This document shows positions 24,746 to 39,660 of a stretch of 64,000 nt of DNA, in pieces; position 1 is the stretch's first letter, and each line of letters starts with the position of its first letter. The notes beneath the pieces are model-generated. The model was not told where the DNA came from. It did no database searches and worked only from the letters and a program-made list of their open reading frames with translations. Both the position numbers and the translations under genes were made by a program. The DNA comes from Chrysomallon squamiferum (Eukaryota > Animalia > Mollusca): positions 7,130,001-7,194,000 of the forward strand of contig CM022675.1 in NCBI GenBank assembly GCA_012295275.1, written 5' to 3'.

Positions 24746-25706
24746 GAAAATTTATATAAAAAATAAAATAAATGAGTGAGTAAATTTGTGAAAAAGAAAA
24801 GAAAAAATAAATGGATGAAAAGAAAGAAAGAAAACATAAGAATGAATGAATGATTGCAATATTAATTTTGTTAACATATTTGTATAATGGTTATTAATGT
24901 TAATTATTTTTTTAAATTTTCCAACTTTTGTTTTTTTATTGTATTTTTTTCTTCTTCTATAACTGACATGTTTTATTTAATTCCAACTCTTTTAATTTAT
25001 TATATATCCTAACATTATTAATGACTGAAAGAAAAAAAGAAAAAAAACAAGACAGAAATAATAATTAAAGCAGAAAATTGTCATTAATTTTCATACAAGA
25101 CATAAAAAAATAAGAACATAATAAAAAAATATAAAAATAACCATCTAGACTTTTCCCCCCCAAAAAAAACAACACTTAACAAGACCAGAAAATAAGAAAA
25201 AAACAACAACACTTAACATGAAAATAAGAAAGAAAAAACACATATATATAAATGATTGATTCTCTATAATCCAACAAATGATTTACATCTTATGTAAAAA
25301 AAAAAAAAAAAAAAAGACTTTAATTTTAGTAAAAAAAAGTCGAGAAAACACAAGAAGATTTAACAAATTGATTATTTTATTTAATTCAACAAGTAGGGTG
25401 GGGGGATCGGGGGGTGAGCTGTAGACAGATTAGGCTAAGAAAAATGTGAAATGACTTTCTTTAATTTGGGTTCAGACGCGAAAATAGAACAACACATTTT
25501 ATAACCGACTTTCTTTAAATCCAGGAAATGGACTCGGCATAAAGATTACGAAAAGAAAAATTGCAAACGACAGTTTAATTTTGGTACAAAAGATAAAAAC
25601 AACCAGGGAAAAAATAAAAGAAAGTATTAATAACTGAGTGACTCTCTTTAATTCTGGAGTCACTTCGGTACAGAGATAACAAAATGGAGAAACGGAGGGA
25701 GAATAC

Positions 25707-25765
25707 CGGGTGATACCAAAGATAGATACCAAGTAGATACCATTTTCCACATCTGTCTTGCACAC
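25707..25765 (-). CDS. Putative internal exon (59 nt) of the minus-strand gene
   Basis: Minus-strand cacttttgtcag|G acceptor and weaker CCG|gtattc donor; VCKTDVENGIYLVSIFGIT(R) joins the next exon in frame. Confidence 0.45.
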
Positions 25766-28700
25766 CTGACAAAAGTGATAAGCTAATTATAAATTTAAGA
25801 GAAATTCCTGCAAGAATAAACCAAAGCCTGGAATGTGTCAAAACACAAGGCAGAGCAACTATACAACTTGTCTAATGAATTATTAGCTGAACAGTGACGT
25901 ATTCCATATGGGTGGTGGTATATATACAAATATATATATATACTTACCGTGTGATATATATGAAAATATTATATATCAAAGTGTGTAATAATGTTATTAC
26001 ATCATTTTCTGTACCAATTATTAATATATGTGTATATAGATATGTATATATGTGTATGTATGTAAAGTATAGGCATATATGTACGAATGTGTGTATGGAT
26101 ATATGTATGTTATGTATGTATTTATGTGTGTGTATATATATATGTGTGTGTGTGTGTGTGGTGTGTGTGTTATGTATGTGTATATATGTGTGTGTGTGTA
26201 TATATATGGATATATATATGTTATGTATGTATATATATTTATGTATGTGTATATATGTGTGTGTGTGTATATAGATATATATATATATTGTTTTTTCTTT
26301 CTTTTTTAATTAAAGAAAGGACTACTTAATACAATACAAAACAAATATACTGTTTTCTTATCACATTATTATTTTATAAATTATCAAAGGAAATTTTAGA
26401 AAAAATATTTTTAGATACTATTTTCTTGTCAAAATATTTTCACTGTTGAATAAAGACTCACAAAAGTTGGAGGAAAAAAATCTACTATCTTCCTTTCAAC
26501 AAATCTTCATCATGAAATATCAAGATAGAATTGGAGTAAACTAAAATATGTTTTTTTTTACCCCCCACAACTGGAGAGTGAGCTAAAATACTGTTTTCTT
26601 TAAGACATATCTGCATTGCCAATTGCCAGCTTGATGAACGTTTGTTGATCTAAGGCTTGGGGGTTGATGAGTGAATGAAAAACTGTTTTCCTGTCAACAG
26701 ATCTTCACTGGACATGTGGGTAGGATCATCTGTCAGGGGAAAATGAGATACCTGATGTAGGTAAAGCCATCAACCTATCAGGTAGATCAAACACACCTCT
26801 ATCAGGTGTTGAAACGAACTCTTTATGCTCAATTTACGGCCATTTTTGTTTTTTACTTTCACAGATGTTTTGGTGGTATCAGTTTAAACACAGTCTCTTT
26901 TTGTTTATTCTCTTCTTTTTTTTTAACTTTTTGTTATTTCTTTTTTTCTATTTATTTATTTAATTATTTATTTATTATTTTTATTTAATTATTTAAGGTA
27001 TGGTTTTAAAAAGAGATGGGGAAAAAAATTATAAACAGAGAGAACTTTGTTTGTTTAAAGATCTGAGTGTTCAAAATTTGTTGACACAGAAAAACATAGA
27101 GAAAGAGAGATATAGAGAGAGTCAGACAGAGATGGATAAATAACAAATAAAAAAAAGACAACAGTGAGAGAGAGATGGAAAAAAACAAACAGAGAGAACT
27201 AGAAAGAGAGAGACAGAAAGAGACACAGAAAAAAGAGAGAGAGAAGAGACAGAAAGAAAAAGAGAGAGAAAGAAACTAAGGAGAGAGAAAAGAATAAAGA
27301 TAGAGAGAGAGAGACACAGAGAAAGATAGAGAGAGAGAGAAAGAGTGAGAGAGTGAGAGAGAAAGAGAGAAAGTGAGAAAGTTCACATAAATTTAAAGAC
27401 AGACATACAGACATGTACAAGGTCAAATAAATATATACATTTAATGATATAGATAAAAAATATGACACTAATAATTTTTTTAATTAATGAAATACAATCA
27501 AAGCTTTGTAAACATGACAGACATACAGACAAACACATAAAGAGAGACACGAATGGACAGATTATGTAACAGACACTCAAACAGACAGACAGACATGTAC
27601 AAGATCAAATAAATATATACATTCAATGATCAGATAGAAGATTAGTCACAATGTAGCTAATATAGTCAAGATTTTTGTAAGCATGAGACACAAACAGACA
27701 AATGGACACAGACACAGATAAACACATGCAGAAGATCACATGAACAGACAGACAGACATACATCAACCAAGCAGACACATGGAGACATATAAACACATCC
27801 AAAGGGACATCATAATGGACAGATAAACAAACAGACAGACAGATATTACACAAACAACAGGTGCGATTTGCATTTTGTTGCTATCTTTTTCTTTGTTAAT
27901 TTATTAGTTTGTTGAAAATTTTACAGATAAATATTTTTTTGTTATACAGAAACAAGGTGACAGAAAGTGACAGATTTAGAAAATCAGATTTGATGGATGT
28001 TTTGTTTTCATATTTTTTTTTGACATTTATTATTATATATGACTTCTTTTTTCTTTCTTTTTTTTCCCCTTTCTAAGTTTTTAGAGAGAAAAAATATAAT
28101 TATTTGGCTTCAGTGTTTTTCTGTAGTTCAAAATCAGCAATAAAAAATGTTTGATTCATTTTATTTATGTGTAGGGTTGTTTTGTTTATTTGTTAATTTT
28201 TTTAATTTTTTGTTAATTTATTTATTTGTTTGTTTGTTTGTTTGTTTATTTATATATTTTAATTCTCTTTCTTCTTAATTAATCAATGAAATTTGTTCGT
28301 TTGTTGGTTGATATATTTTTTTATTAATTTATTAATTAATTAATTAATTAATTAATTTATTTATTTGTTTGTTTGTTTGTTTGTTTCTTCCTTCCTTTAA
28401 TACTTTTTTGTCTATTTTATTTATTTATTATTTACTTGTTTAGTTATTTACTTATATTTATATATTTTTTTAATTTATTTATTCATTTATTTATTTATTC
28501 ATTTAATTACTTAATTATTTATTTATTTATGTATTTCATTTACTAAGTTGTTTTTTGTTGTTGTTGTTGTTGTTTTTTTAATCAGTACAAAAATCACGAA
28601 TCTCACACCAAACAACAACAAAACAACAACAAAACACTCTGAGATGTGTATTTAACAAATATTTATTCATTTCAAGCATGAGCAGAAAATTAAAGTGAGT

Positions 28701-29176
28701 CACTCAGTTAAAGTGAGTCACTCAGCTCTATAAATTCTTTTATTCTTCGAGTTACAGTATTCAAACTTTGAGTCAAACAGAATCAGTCAGTCACTAAATT
28801 TTGCAAGGAAATAAACAAAACCGGGTTAAAGAGTATTCTGTTTATTTTTGTGAATGAAAATACCGACGTTCGCTCAAGCGTGAAATAAAGTGATATATGT
28901 ATTATTAATGGTAGATTAAAGAAAGTATTATACAGGTGGGATAAGTGATGTCATAAATAAAACATTTTTTTTTTTTTTTTTTTTTGGTGATTTATAGCTT
29001 AATCTAGATTTTGATAAAAAGAAAAATAGAAGAAAAAAAAAATGAAAATGATGAATAAGAAATAAAGTAGGGTACAGACATTGATTTAGAAATAATAATA
29101 TATCAGGGTGTGTATGTCTGTATGTCTGAGTATTAATATAGCTGTATATAATATGTATCTATGTATGTTTGTATCC

Positions 29177-29214
<38 letters not shown>

Positions 29215-29252
29215 ATTTGTCTATATATATACTTAATTTATATGTACACATG

Positions 29253-29253
29253 N
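29253..29253. other. Single N (ambiguous base or contig join)
   Basis: Literal n in the sequence; continuity across this point is not guaranteed. Confidence 0.9.
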
Positions 29254-30132
29254 TATTTCTGAATGTTGTCTTTGTATAGGTGTGTTTATGTGTGTAAATA
29301 TTTATTTATCTGTGTGCGTATCTACTTATATATCTATGCATGAATGTATGTGTCTGTCTATATATATATGTATGTATGTACATATGTATGTATATATATG
29401 TGTATGTACATATTTCTGTATATATGTATGTATGCATGTATTATATCTATGTGTGTATGTATGTAAAATGTACATATGTATGTATGTATGTATGTAAATA
29501 TATGTGTTCATTTGTTCAGAATAAAAAGAAATGGTTTAAGTAAGTGAACAAGACTGAGGCTACTGGTGGACTGTTTATGACAGATTTAGGTTAGCAGTTT
29601 GTCATTGCCAGACTTTTTGTTCTGTCACTGCCATATTGGTTCATTTCACACAGCTGGGGGGGGGGGTCTCAGACCACAGTTTTAAATTATCAGATTTACT
29701 GGATATTAATGTAATGTTATGTCTCGAATAGAATAATTTTTTAAAAATATTTCTGCTGTGATTCTATGACAATCTGTGACTAATGAATGCACTAACATTA
29801 ATGTATAAACATAAATACACTTGATATACATATAGATTATATACATACATGTGCATAGATACATACATGCATACATTATACAAATACACACAAACATATG
29901 TAAATACATATGCATTCACACACTGACAAACACACAAGTAGTTAATAAAACATAATTATATTGGCTTCTGACATATAATCTTAATCATAGATTCTCAAAT
30001 ACACACAGATACACACATATATAATATTATGATATGTATATATACACATATAAATTATATTCAAAATGCAGGGTAATACAAAATATAACACACAAAGATA
30101 TAAAGAAGATACAAATTCAGATGATACACAAT

Positions 30133-30163
<31 letters not shown>

Positions 30164-30165
30164 CA

Positions 30166-30204
<39 letters not shown>

Positions 30205-31856
30205 AGACACACAAGCATACAAACATACACACACACACACACATATATACATTAACATGGATACAAACATACACACACACACACACACAGACATACATAC
30301 AAAAAGACACTGAGTAATAGGAAATAAAAGACACACAGAGAGGTAATCATTTCATGAAGACAAGTTTTATTGTTACACTTTGTGTTAACATGACATTTCT
30401 TTTACCTGTAGCTTCAGGTATTACAGGTAAGTTTACATGGATTTAACTGTGACCCCTCCTTTTTTTTTTTAAATTTACACCAGGTATGAATGAATGAATA
30501 CACAGATTAATGAATGAATGAATGCACAGATTAATGAATGAATAAATTAATGGATACAAGAATAAATGAATGGAGGAATGGATGGATGGATGGAAGGAAG
30601 GATAGAATAAGGGATGAATGAATGGATGAATGAATGAAAAGATAAATGAATAGTTGAATGAATAACTGAATAGATGAATGAATATTATAATAATCACCCT
30701 TGATTTAATATTAAACATTACTTTTATGAAATACACTTTTTACACTAAGATGATTCAAGAGGAGAAACCAGTTTTGCCATATTTCCCTGTAAATGGGAAG
30801 GTTGACATTAAGATTGCTAACTGTTAAAAAAAAAGGTAGATATTATGATATTTGAAATGTTGTAAATTTGAAAGCTATAGAATTCCAAAATGATTTTTAT
30901 ATATTTATTTTATTAAATTACAGCTTATTACAATTTTATATGTTTTTATCTATAATCAAAACATACAAATTTGTAAATACCTTTTTTTTAATATTATTAT
31001 TAAATACTTTAAAATTTACAAGATACATTATATTTAAATTTATAAACATTTTCAAATTTATACATTAAAATGATATTTACAGTCTTAATTAAAAATATCG
31101 AAATTTGTAAGGCTAATCTGTGATTTTATATTACCAGATACCAAATATTTAAAAAAAAAAAAAATTAACTCTAAAATGGTTTTATAACCATATTTAATAT
31201 TTCACAATATAATTTTTTTTTTTTTTTTTTTTTTTTATTGTCATAATATTTCATAATATTTCACAATATAATAATAATATATATATATATATATATATAT
31301 ATGTATTTTGTTATCTACATATGTCAGAATTTCTCAGAATAATAATAATTTTTTTTTTTATCTATCTATGTTCATATTTACAGCCTTACAAGGACTTTTT
31401 GGCTTTGTTGGTGTCACCTTCTTAATGGCATTTATAACCCAACAATCAAATTTCAGAAGATAAAAATCTGTTGTTTAGAAAATAGTCTCGTATTTCAAGC
31501 TGGTCTCACACCAATAATAAATTTACCAAAACTGTGAATGTCAAACGTATCTAGGAATAACGAAATATCTGGATTTTTAAAAAAAAAATGATTGCAGGAT
31601 TTAACTGAGAGATCTTGACTTGATTGAGAAAAAGATTTTGAGAAATGTAAGTAATGGGTGTAAAGATGTATATAGACTGGAGATAAAAATCAAATGTATA
31701 AATAAAAATGTTTGTATCAATATAATGTGTAATAAAAATACATGACTATAGGTTTTGGTGACACATACAAAAAAATCACACAATCAGGGTATGCATATAT
31801 TAACATGAAATATATCAGTACACAAATACATAGATTTATACAAATCTGTACAGATC

Positions 31857-31949
<93 letters not shown>

Positions 31950-32376
31950 TCTCTCCCTCTCTCACTCTCTCTTCTAAAATATGCACATATTAACAGATAC
32001 ACGCACAGACATATTTATATACATACAGTTTCTTGTACAGTTTCTTTTTCTTTCCTTCTCTCTTGCTCATTTTCTCAAATATGAACATAGATATTCACAT
32101 AAAAATAAACACACATTCACATACACACAAATATATGTATGCATGCGTAAATACTAACATTTGTAAGTATATATGGACATACATATGTTAATACACACAT
32201 ACATATATACTCACATATTCATACATACATACAGACATACTTACACACAAACATCCATTCATCTGTTCATCTATAAATATACACAGACATTTACATATAT
32301 GTACATATATATATATATGAGAGACACACACACACACACACACATGTACATGTATGCATCCATGTGGGTGAATATA

Positions 32377-32407
<31 letters not shown>

Positions 32408-33486
32408 GAGAGACACACACACACACAGACATTCAAAATCACAAATTACAAATTAATATATTAATTAATTACACTCTCATAGACACAGGAAACATTCTTA
32501 TGGTTACACGCATTAAACAAACTATTGAAATTAAAAAAAAAATAAAATAAAATTAAATAAATAAATAAATAAATAAACCTGGCAAAGTTCACAGTCTGTT
32601 CAATGAGGTGTGAAAGAAGAAGACAAAATTATAAATTAATATTAAGTGAAAAAAATGACACGCTTCGCCGATTACAAAACTTACCTGTTCACACCTGAAC
32701 GAGCACAAAGCATAACAAATACCACCTGTATTACACACCTAATTAGTTCCTTGAAATTTATTGTTTATTCTCCCATCAAAGTACAAGAGACTCCTTCACC
32801 TGGATATAATTAATACCAAAGGAGAATCTCGTTAGAAACTACCTGTGGTTAATTGAAGGTGATACACCGTGAAAAGTTAAGAGGATATTTAAAAAGAGTT
32901 TAGAAAGAATCTTTTATTTTATTCTTGTTTGAAGTCTCCCTGGTTTATTTAGAAAGCAATAAAAGTGTAAAAGCATTGTAAAAGAAGTGTTTGCTGAAGT
33001 AAAAGAAAGCTTGATGCTTTTTGGTCAGAAGTTTTGTTTGATAGATCAAAGGTGTGTTGGGAAGTAAAAAAATAATTCTTAAACGTTTGTCGTTATTTTT
33101 TCAAACACATATATACACAAATACACACACTGTTACTAATATACATGTGTATATGCATAAATACACATGCAAACATACATACATCCATATATACATCAAA
33201 AATAATACATACATTCAAACATATATATGTGTGTGTGAGTATGTGTGTGTATGTGTATGTACATACACTGACACAGTTACATACCTATGAACATACAAAT
33301 TTCCTTGCTTAAATATATAAACACATATATATAAATAGAACCATACACACACACACACATAAAACAAACCAACAACCCCCAAAAACACACACACACACAC
33401 TAAAACCAACATCCCCCACACACACACACTCACTCAAATATCCACACACATGCACACACACACACACACACACACACATACAAACA

Positions 33487-33528
<42 letters not shown>

Positions 33529-33879
33529 CTGGAACATCACACACACACACACACAAACAAACACACAACATCCACACACACACACACAAACCAATATTCC
33601 CACATACAAACATTCACACATACACAAACAAACTGACACACACACACTCACACACACACACACACAAACAGACATCCCCCATACACACACAGACATCCAC
33701 CAACACACAGACATCCACATACACACAGACACATACACACACTCACACACACACACACAAACAGACATCCCCCATATACCAACATTCCCACACACACAAA
33801 CACTCAAACAAACATCCACACACACACAGACAAACACACACACACACAGACACACAAACCAATATTCCCACATACAAAT

Positions 33880-33920
<41 letters not shown>

Positions 33921-34029
33921 AATTACTGACTCACTTTGAAAAACACGGAAACCAACACTATTAACAAAACAGCTCTCTGTAACCCCCCACTGGGTCATCA
34001 TATTTCTTGAACTCCCGTGACATTTTTGT

Positions 34030-34080
<51 letters not shown>

Positions 34081-34081
<1 letters not shown>

Positions 34082-34545
34082 TCTACACTGGCTGAAGTAA
34101 TCATTACACTTTCAGAGGTCACATACAGCTCCGTATCGCATGCCTTGCAGCAAAGTAATAGTCGTATACTTCAGGCATTTATTGGTCTGCGACATGCTAA
34201 CTCAGACTGGTTGATGTTGTGTTGTGTTGTGCTGTGTGTGTTGTGTTACTCTTTAATGTCAATTCGTTCGTTTTGGTTTGGTTTTTTCTTGTAAGCAATG
34301 AAGTGTAATTAAATTAGAGAGATAGGAAGAACGTTCGTTCGGTCGTTTCGAAAGGATAAGATTAAGATATTAGAAATAACAAAAAAAAAAAAAAAGAAAA
34401 AAATGTAAAGAAAATGAAGTAATTTGGATTTGTTTTCGGAGTTAATGAGAGAAGGTGTTTTTTTTTTGTGTTGTGGCGTTTTATATATAAAAAATAAAAA
34501 AACTGTGTTGGTGATTTGAAGGAATTTTGCGGTTCTTATGAAATG
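34081..34545 (+). promoter_or_regulatory. Probable promoter and first exon of a + strand gene, ending ATGAAATG|gtgagt
   Basis: Locally CpG-enriched unique sequence (ccgtatcg, gtcgta, ttcgttcg, acgttcgttcggtcgtttcg), a reverse CCAAT (attgg), and a canonical donor directly after ATG. TSS position unknown. Confidence 0.5.
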
Positions 34546-34582
34546 GTGAGTATAATATAATTTTATTTGTTATTGTTTAAAA

Positions 34583-34676
<94 letters not shown>

Positions 34677-34738
34677 AGCTATCTATCTGTCTCTCGCTCT
34701 CTCTGTGTCTCTCCCTGTCTGTCTGTCTGTTTGACTCT

Positions 34739-34860
<122 letters not shown>

Positions 34861-34977
34861 AGCTATCTATCTCTCTCTCTCTGTCTAGCTATCTATCTCT
34901 CTCTCTCTGTCTAGCTATCTATCTATCTGTCTCTCGCTCTCTCTGTGTCTCTCCCCTGTCTGTCTGCCTGTCTCTTA

Positions 34978-35037
<60 letters not shown>

Positions 35038-35224
35038 CTCTCTGTGTATCATTCAGTCTCTCTGTCTCTCTCTTACTTTCTATACACACACACAAACACA
35101 TACATATGCACACATACACACTCACACATGTATACATATATACCTGTATTTTTTACTATAAAAGAATATTTTCTTGTGACAACTTAATACTATTTTTTAT
35201 ATTTTGATTTTAGATTTCTAACAT

Positions 35225-35560
35225 GATTCAGTATGATGTAAGATAAAGTAATATAACAACATAAAATGACATGTTATGATATAACATAATGCATTTTAAT
35301 CTGTAATCTAACATAACATAACATAACCAAACAAGGAAAGAACAACATAACATGATGATATTAGGTAAAAATAACAAACCAATATGCAAAATAACAAAAC
35401 AAACAATATAATAACAACATGATATGATGATATAAATAACAACATAATAATACAGCATAACAAAACAATGTAATAACAACATAACATTAAAACATTACAT
35501 AATATAACATAATTACATAACATTACATAACATTACATAATATAACATAATAACATAATA
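35225..35560. repeat. Degenerate (AACAT)n pentanucleotide microsatellite
   Basis: Direct inspection. Confidence 0.85.
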
Positions 35561-35856
35561 CTTTATTTACTGAAAACAAGAATGATCATAAAATGTAACA
35601 GTTAATACTATGTGTAAAGAAGAAATATTATTTTTATTAAACGGTGGTAAAAAAAAAATAATAATAAAAGAAACAACAATTTTCTGCTAATAGTTTTGAG
35701 GTTGTCCATGACTTTAACATACATCAAAAGTTTTTAAAAAAGAAATAGAACAAACATCTGAAATGTCAGGAAAGGTCATTTTTTTTTTGTTGAATCTAAA
35801 TTTTTGAAGCACCAGAAACTGTTAGTGGCAGTTTGATTATTTATTTATATATATAT

Positions 35857-35940
<84 letters not shown>

Positions 35941-36334
35941 GAGAAAAGAGAGAGAAAGAAAGAGAAAAAGAGTGTGAGAGAGGGGGAGAGAGAGGGGGGA
36001 GAGAGAGAGAGAGAGACAGACACACGAATATACACACACACACATATATACTTTACATGCTGTAAGACTGTATCAGTTATTATATATCAGTGTGTATAAA
36101 ATACGGTTGATATGACACAGACACTTGTAAATAAATTTTATATCACTTGAGTTTGACTCACACTTAAAATCACACATGTACCACTTCACACACAGTACAC
36201 ACACTTGTGTTATATTGACTTAGTTTGAGTGAGCATATATTTGTATACGTATCTCTGTGTATCTGTGTGTCTGTATGTGTGGGAGTATGTAAACATATGA
36301 GTTTTCTGTGTACATTTGTGTATATGATACAAGG

Positions 36335-37035
36335 TAACATAAATTAGCATTGGAGAAAAATCAGACAGAGATGAAATGAAAATGAAGGAGAGAGGAGGAG
36401 AAAATTGTATAGATAGAGTCAGAGAGACAGACAGACAGAGAGAAAGGGAAAGAAAGAGAGACAAACAGACAGAAAGAGAAAGAGAGACAGATAGGCAGAC
36501 AGTCAGACAGAAGGAGAGAGAAAGAGAGACAGACAGAGAAAGAAAGGAAGAAAGAGAGACATACAGACAGAAAGAGAAAGAAAGACAGATAGGCAGACAG
36601 TCAGACAGAAGGAGAGAGAAAGAGAGACAGACAGACAGAAAGAGAAAGAAAGGAAGAAACAGACAGAAAGAGAAAGAAAGAGAGACAGACAGACAGAAAG
36701 TCAGACAGAAGGAGAGAGAAAGAGAGACAGACAAACAGCTAACATAAATTAGCATTGGAGAAAAATCAGACAGAGATGAAATGAAAATGAAGGAGAGAGG
36801 AGGAGAAAATTGTATAGATAGAGTCAGAGAGACAGATAGGCAGACAGTCAGACAGAAGGAGAGAAAGAGAGACAGACAGACAGAAAGGGAAAGAGAGAGA
36901 GAAAGACAGACAGATAGAAAGAGATAGAAAGAGAGACAGACAGACAGCTAACATAAATTAGCATTGGAAAAAAATCAGACAGAGATGAAATGAAAATGAA
37001 GGAGACAGAAAGAGATAGATAGAGTCAGAGAGACA
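36335..37035. repeat. Three copies of a ~90-bp unit separated by GACA/GA microsatellite
   Basis: taacataaattagcattgga.aaaaatcagacagagatgaaatgaaaatgaaggaga at 36335, 36740 and 36949. Confidence 0.9.
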
Positions 37036-38902
37036 GATAGAGACAGTCAGACAGAAGGAGAGAAAGAGAGACAGACAGACAGAAAGGGAAAGAGAGAGAG
37101 AAAGACAGACAGATAGAAAGAGATAGAAAAGAGAGACAGACAGACAGACAGAAAGAAGAAAGAGAGACATACAGACAGAAAGAGAAAGAAAGAGAGACAG
37201 ACAGACAGAAAGAGAGAGATAGAGATACAGACAGACAGAAAGGGAAAGAGAGACAGACAAACAGACAAAAAGAAAAATAAAGAGAGAGAAAAAGAGACAG
37301 ACAGGCAGACAGAGAGAGAAAGAGAGAGACAGTCAGACAGAAAGGGAAAGAGAGAGACAGAGACAGACAGACAGAAAGGGAAAGAAAGAGAGAGAGAGAA
37401 AAAAGAGAAAAAGAGAAAGAAAAAGAGAAAGAGAAAGAGAGAGAGAGGGAGAGAGAGAAAGAGAAAGAGAGATACAGACAGAAAGATAAAGAGAGAGAGA
37501 GGGAGAGAGAGAAAGAGAAAGAGAGATACAGACAGAAAGATAAAGAGAGAGAGAGAGTAAATAGTAAAAATTGATTCAAAGCCAATTCTCATCCATTCTT
37601 TCTATATTTCATTTTCTATTTTTGATACTTTTCTTCTTCTTTTTCAACTTCTTTCAAATCACTCCAGATTTTTTTGATTTTTCCTCAGGTGATGCTAAGT
37701 AAAGCGACTGTGAAAAGAAAATAGCCATCGTCATGGAAACCTGTAATGAAAAGTTTCAATGGTTGTCCGTAATTGCTGGCTCACGGATACTTTCAATTTG
37801 GCAGTGAATGAGTCTTGAACCCAGACTCCCCGGGGCCCTGATTAGACAGTTCTGTGACATACAGGATTAGATAAGTTGTAGACAAATGTCTGAATTGGTG
37901 ATGGTTTTTTTTTCTCAATGGGCTATTCAATTAAAGAGAGTCGCTCAGTTATACTGTGTATTGGTAATAGCGATGTTTTTCAAAACTGAATATTTGTTTT
38001 ATAGCAGAAGTGGTCTGGAGTTGTTGCTGTTGCTGCTGTTGTTACTGTTATTGTTGCTGATTTTGTTGCTGCTGATGATGTTTTGATTGTTACTGTTGTT
38101 GATGTTGATGTTTTTGTTGTAACTGTTACTGTTGTTGTTCTTGATGTTATTGTTGCTATTGATGTTCTTGACTGTGTTACTATTACTGTTGTTGTTATTA
38201 TTGTTTTTGTTCTTATTGTTAGTGATGTTCCTGATGTTATTGTTGCTGTTGTTGTTAATGTTGTTTTTGTTTTGTTACTGTTGTTCCTGATATTATTCTT
38301 GCTGTTGTTGTTGTTGTTGTTGTTATTACTGGATGATGAACCTCTACCACATAAACTTACATAAAATAAACTTTAAATGAAAATTTCTATTTAAATATTT
38401 TAAAGAAAAACATGTATTTTACATCATCCCAAACAGAATTAGTTGATGCTGCTGCTGTGGTTGATGATGCTGTTGATCACAGTGGTCAGGTAGTGAGTAC
38501 AAACATGCTTCATTGTCAAAACATCTTCGGCAAACACATAGACATCAGCAGAAGTAAACGAACAACTACTCTTCATTAAACTGTGTCTGTCTGAAAATCT
38601 AATTCACAGACGATTGTGAACACTGAAAAAAAAAATAGTTCTTTTGGGTGTCACACATCTGACACATGTCTGTCACACATCTGACATATCTCTGTTTGTA
38701 CAATCTGATTTAAAAAAATAGGTTTGTTTGTACAAACAATTTTAAAAAGAGGTATGTCGGAACTTTTAAATTTTTTTGTTGTTGTATAAGAGGTATGTCA
38801 TACTTTTAATTTTTATTTTCAGCATTTATACAACAAATAAATATAAATATAATCATACATACATACATACATACATACAATACATATATACATGATATTT
38901 AT

Positions 38903-38934
<32 letters not shown>

Positions 38935-38977
38935 GTACATACATACAGACACTCATGCACACATCATACATATATAT

Positions 38978-39014
<37 letters not shown>

Positions 39015-39375
39015 TATTCATATATAGACATAAGCGCACACATAATCACACACACATACAAACACATACACACTGAAACACACAAACACAAAACTTCTTA
39101 CTCTTCATAACTGAAACATATTTCACATAATGTAAAATACCAGTTCTACTTTGCTGTCTCTATATACAAACATCTTCCATTCATTGGGTTTTTTTCCTTA
39201 CATTCTCAATTACCTCAGACTCAGTACGTGTAGACTTTTTCACTCTGATCTTTACCCAGTTGAAATTCTGTCTACAAAGTACACAAGAAAGTGAAGGAAA
39301 AAAAAAAAAAAAAAAAAAATGCTTTGATGTTGAAAACAGTTTAAAATATCATTGTACAGATTTTGTTTCAAATGT

Positions 39376-39440
39376 TGACTCGCAGTAATTGGGTATAGAG
39401 CATGTGTTTGAAGAGTGGGAGGTTCTGGGTTCAAATCACT
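39376..39440 (+). mobile_element. Possible degenerate tRNA-derived SINE head
   Basis: B-box-like GGTTCAAATC at 39428-39437 and an A-box-like taattgggtatag about 40 bp upstream; no intact cloverleaf. Confidence 0.3.
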
Positions 39441-39441
39441 A

Positions 39442-39660
39442 CAGTGTACATAGTTAATTTTTTAATTTAGTTTTTTTTTTTTTTTTTTCTATTTGTTCAT
39501 CTCACTCTATTTCTGAATATATTTCTGGTATTGTCTGAATGTCTGTTTGTTTGTCTAATTCTGTCTTTGTCTCTATCTCTTTTTTTTTCCTATTTCTCAT
39601 TTTTGTCTGTTTTCTTTTTCTTTCACTCTCTCCTTTTATTGTATCGTTCGTTCTTTCGTT
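39442..39660 (+). repeat. ~200-bp segment duplicated at 43409..43606
   Basis: Shared cagt.tacatagttaatttt...ttctatttgttcatctca...atttctgaatatattt.tggtattgtctgaatgtctgt. Confidence 0.85.

Noticed and set aside
25707-25765. Trypsin-like (QDRCGKWYLLGI) or SDR-like (SLVSPGWILTD) readings of the minus-strand exons
   Set aside because: Both frames hit a stop in the next exon, and I found no catalytic motifs (GDSGGP, YxxxK) nearby.
26701-26760. Possible + strand exon (caacag| ... TAG|gtaaag)
   Set aside because: Stops in all three frames; it lies in a CAGGT-rich patch that creates splice-like sites.
37805-37850. tRNA gene suggested by minus-strand TCTGGGTTCAAG (and the similar site at 39428)
   Set aside because: No cloverleaf or acceptor stem can be formed; at most SINE remnants.
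38427-38483. Possible + strand exon ELVDAAAVVDDAVDHSGQV
   Set aside because: Weak acceptor, and the sequence resembles the adjacent GTT/GAT/GCT trinucleotide repeat.
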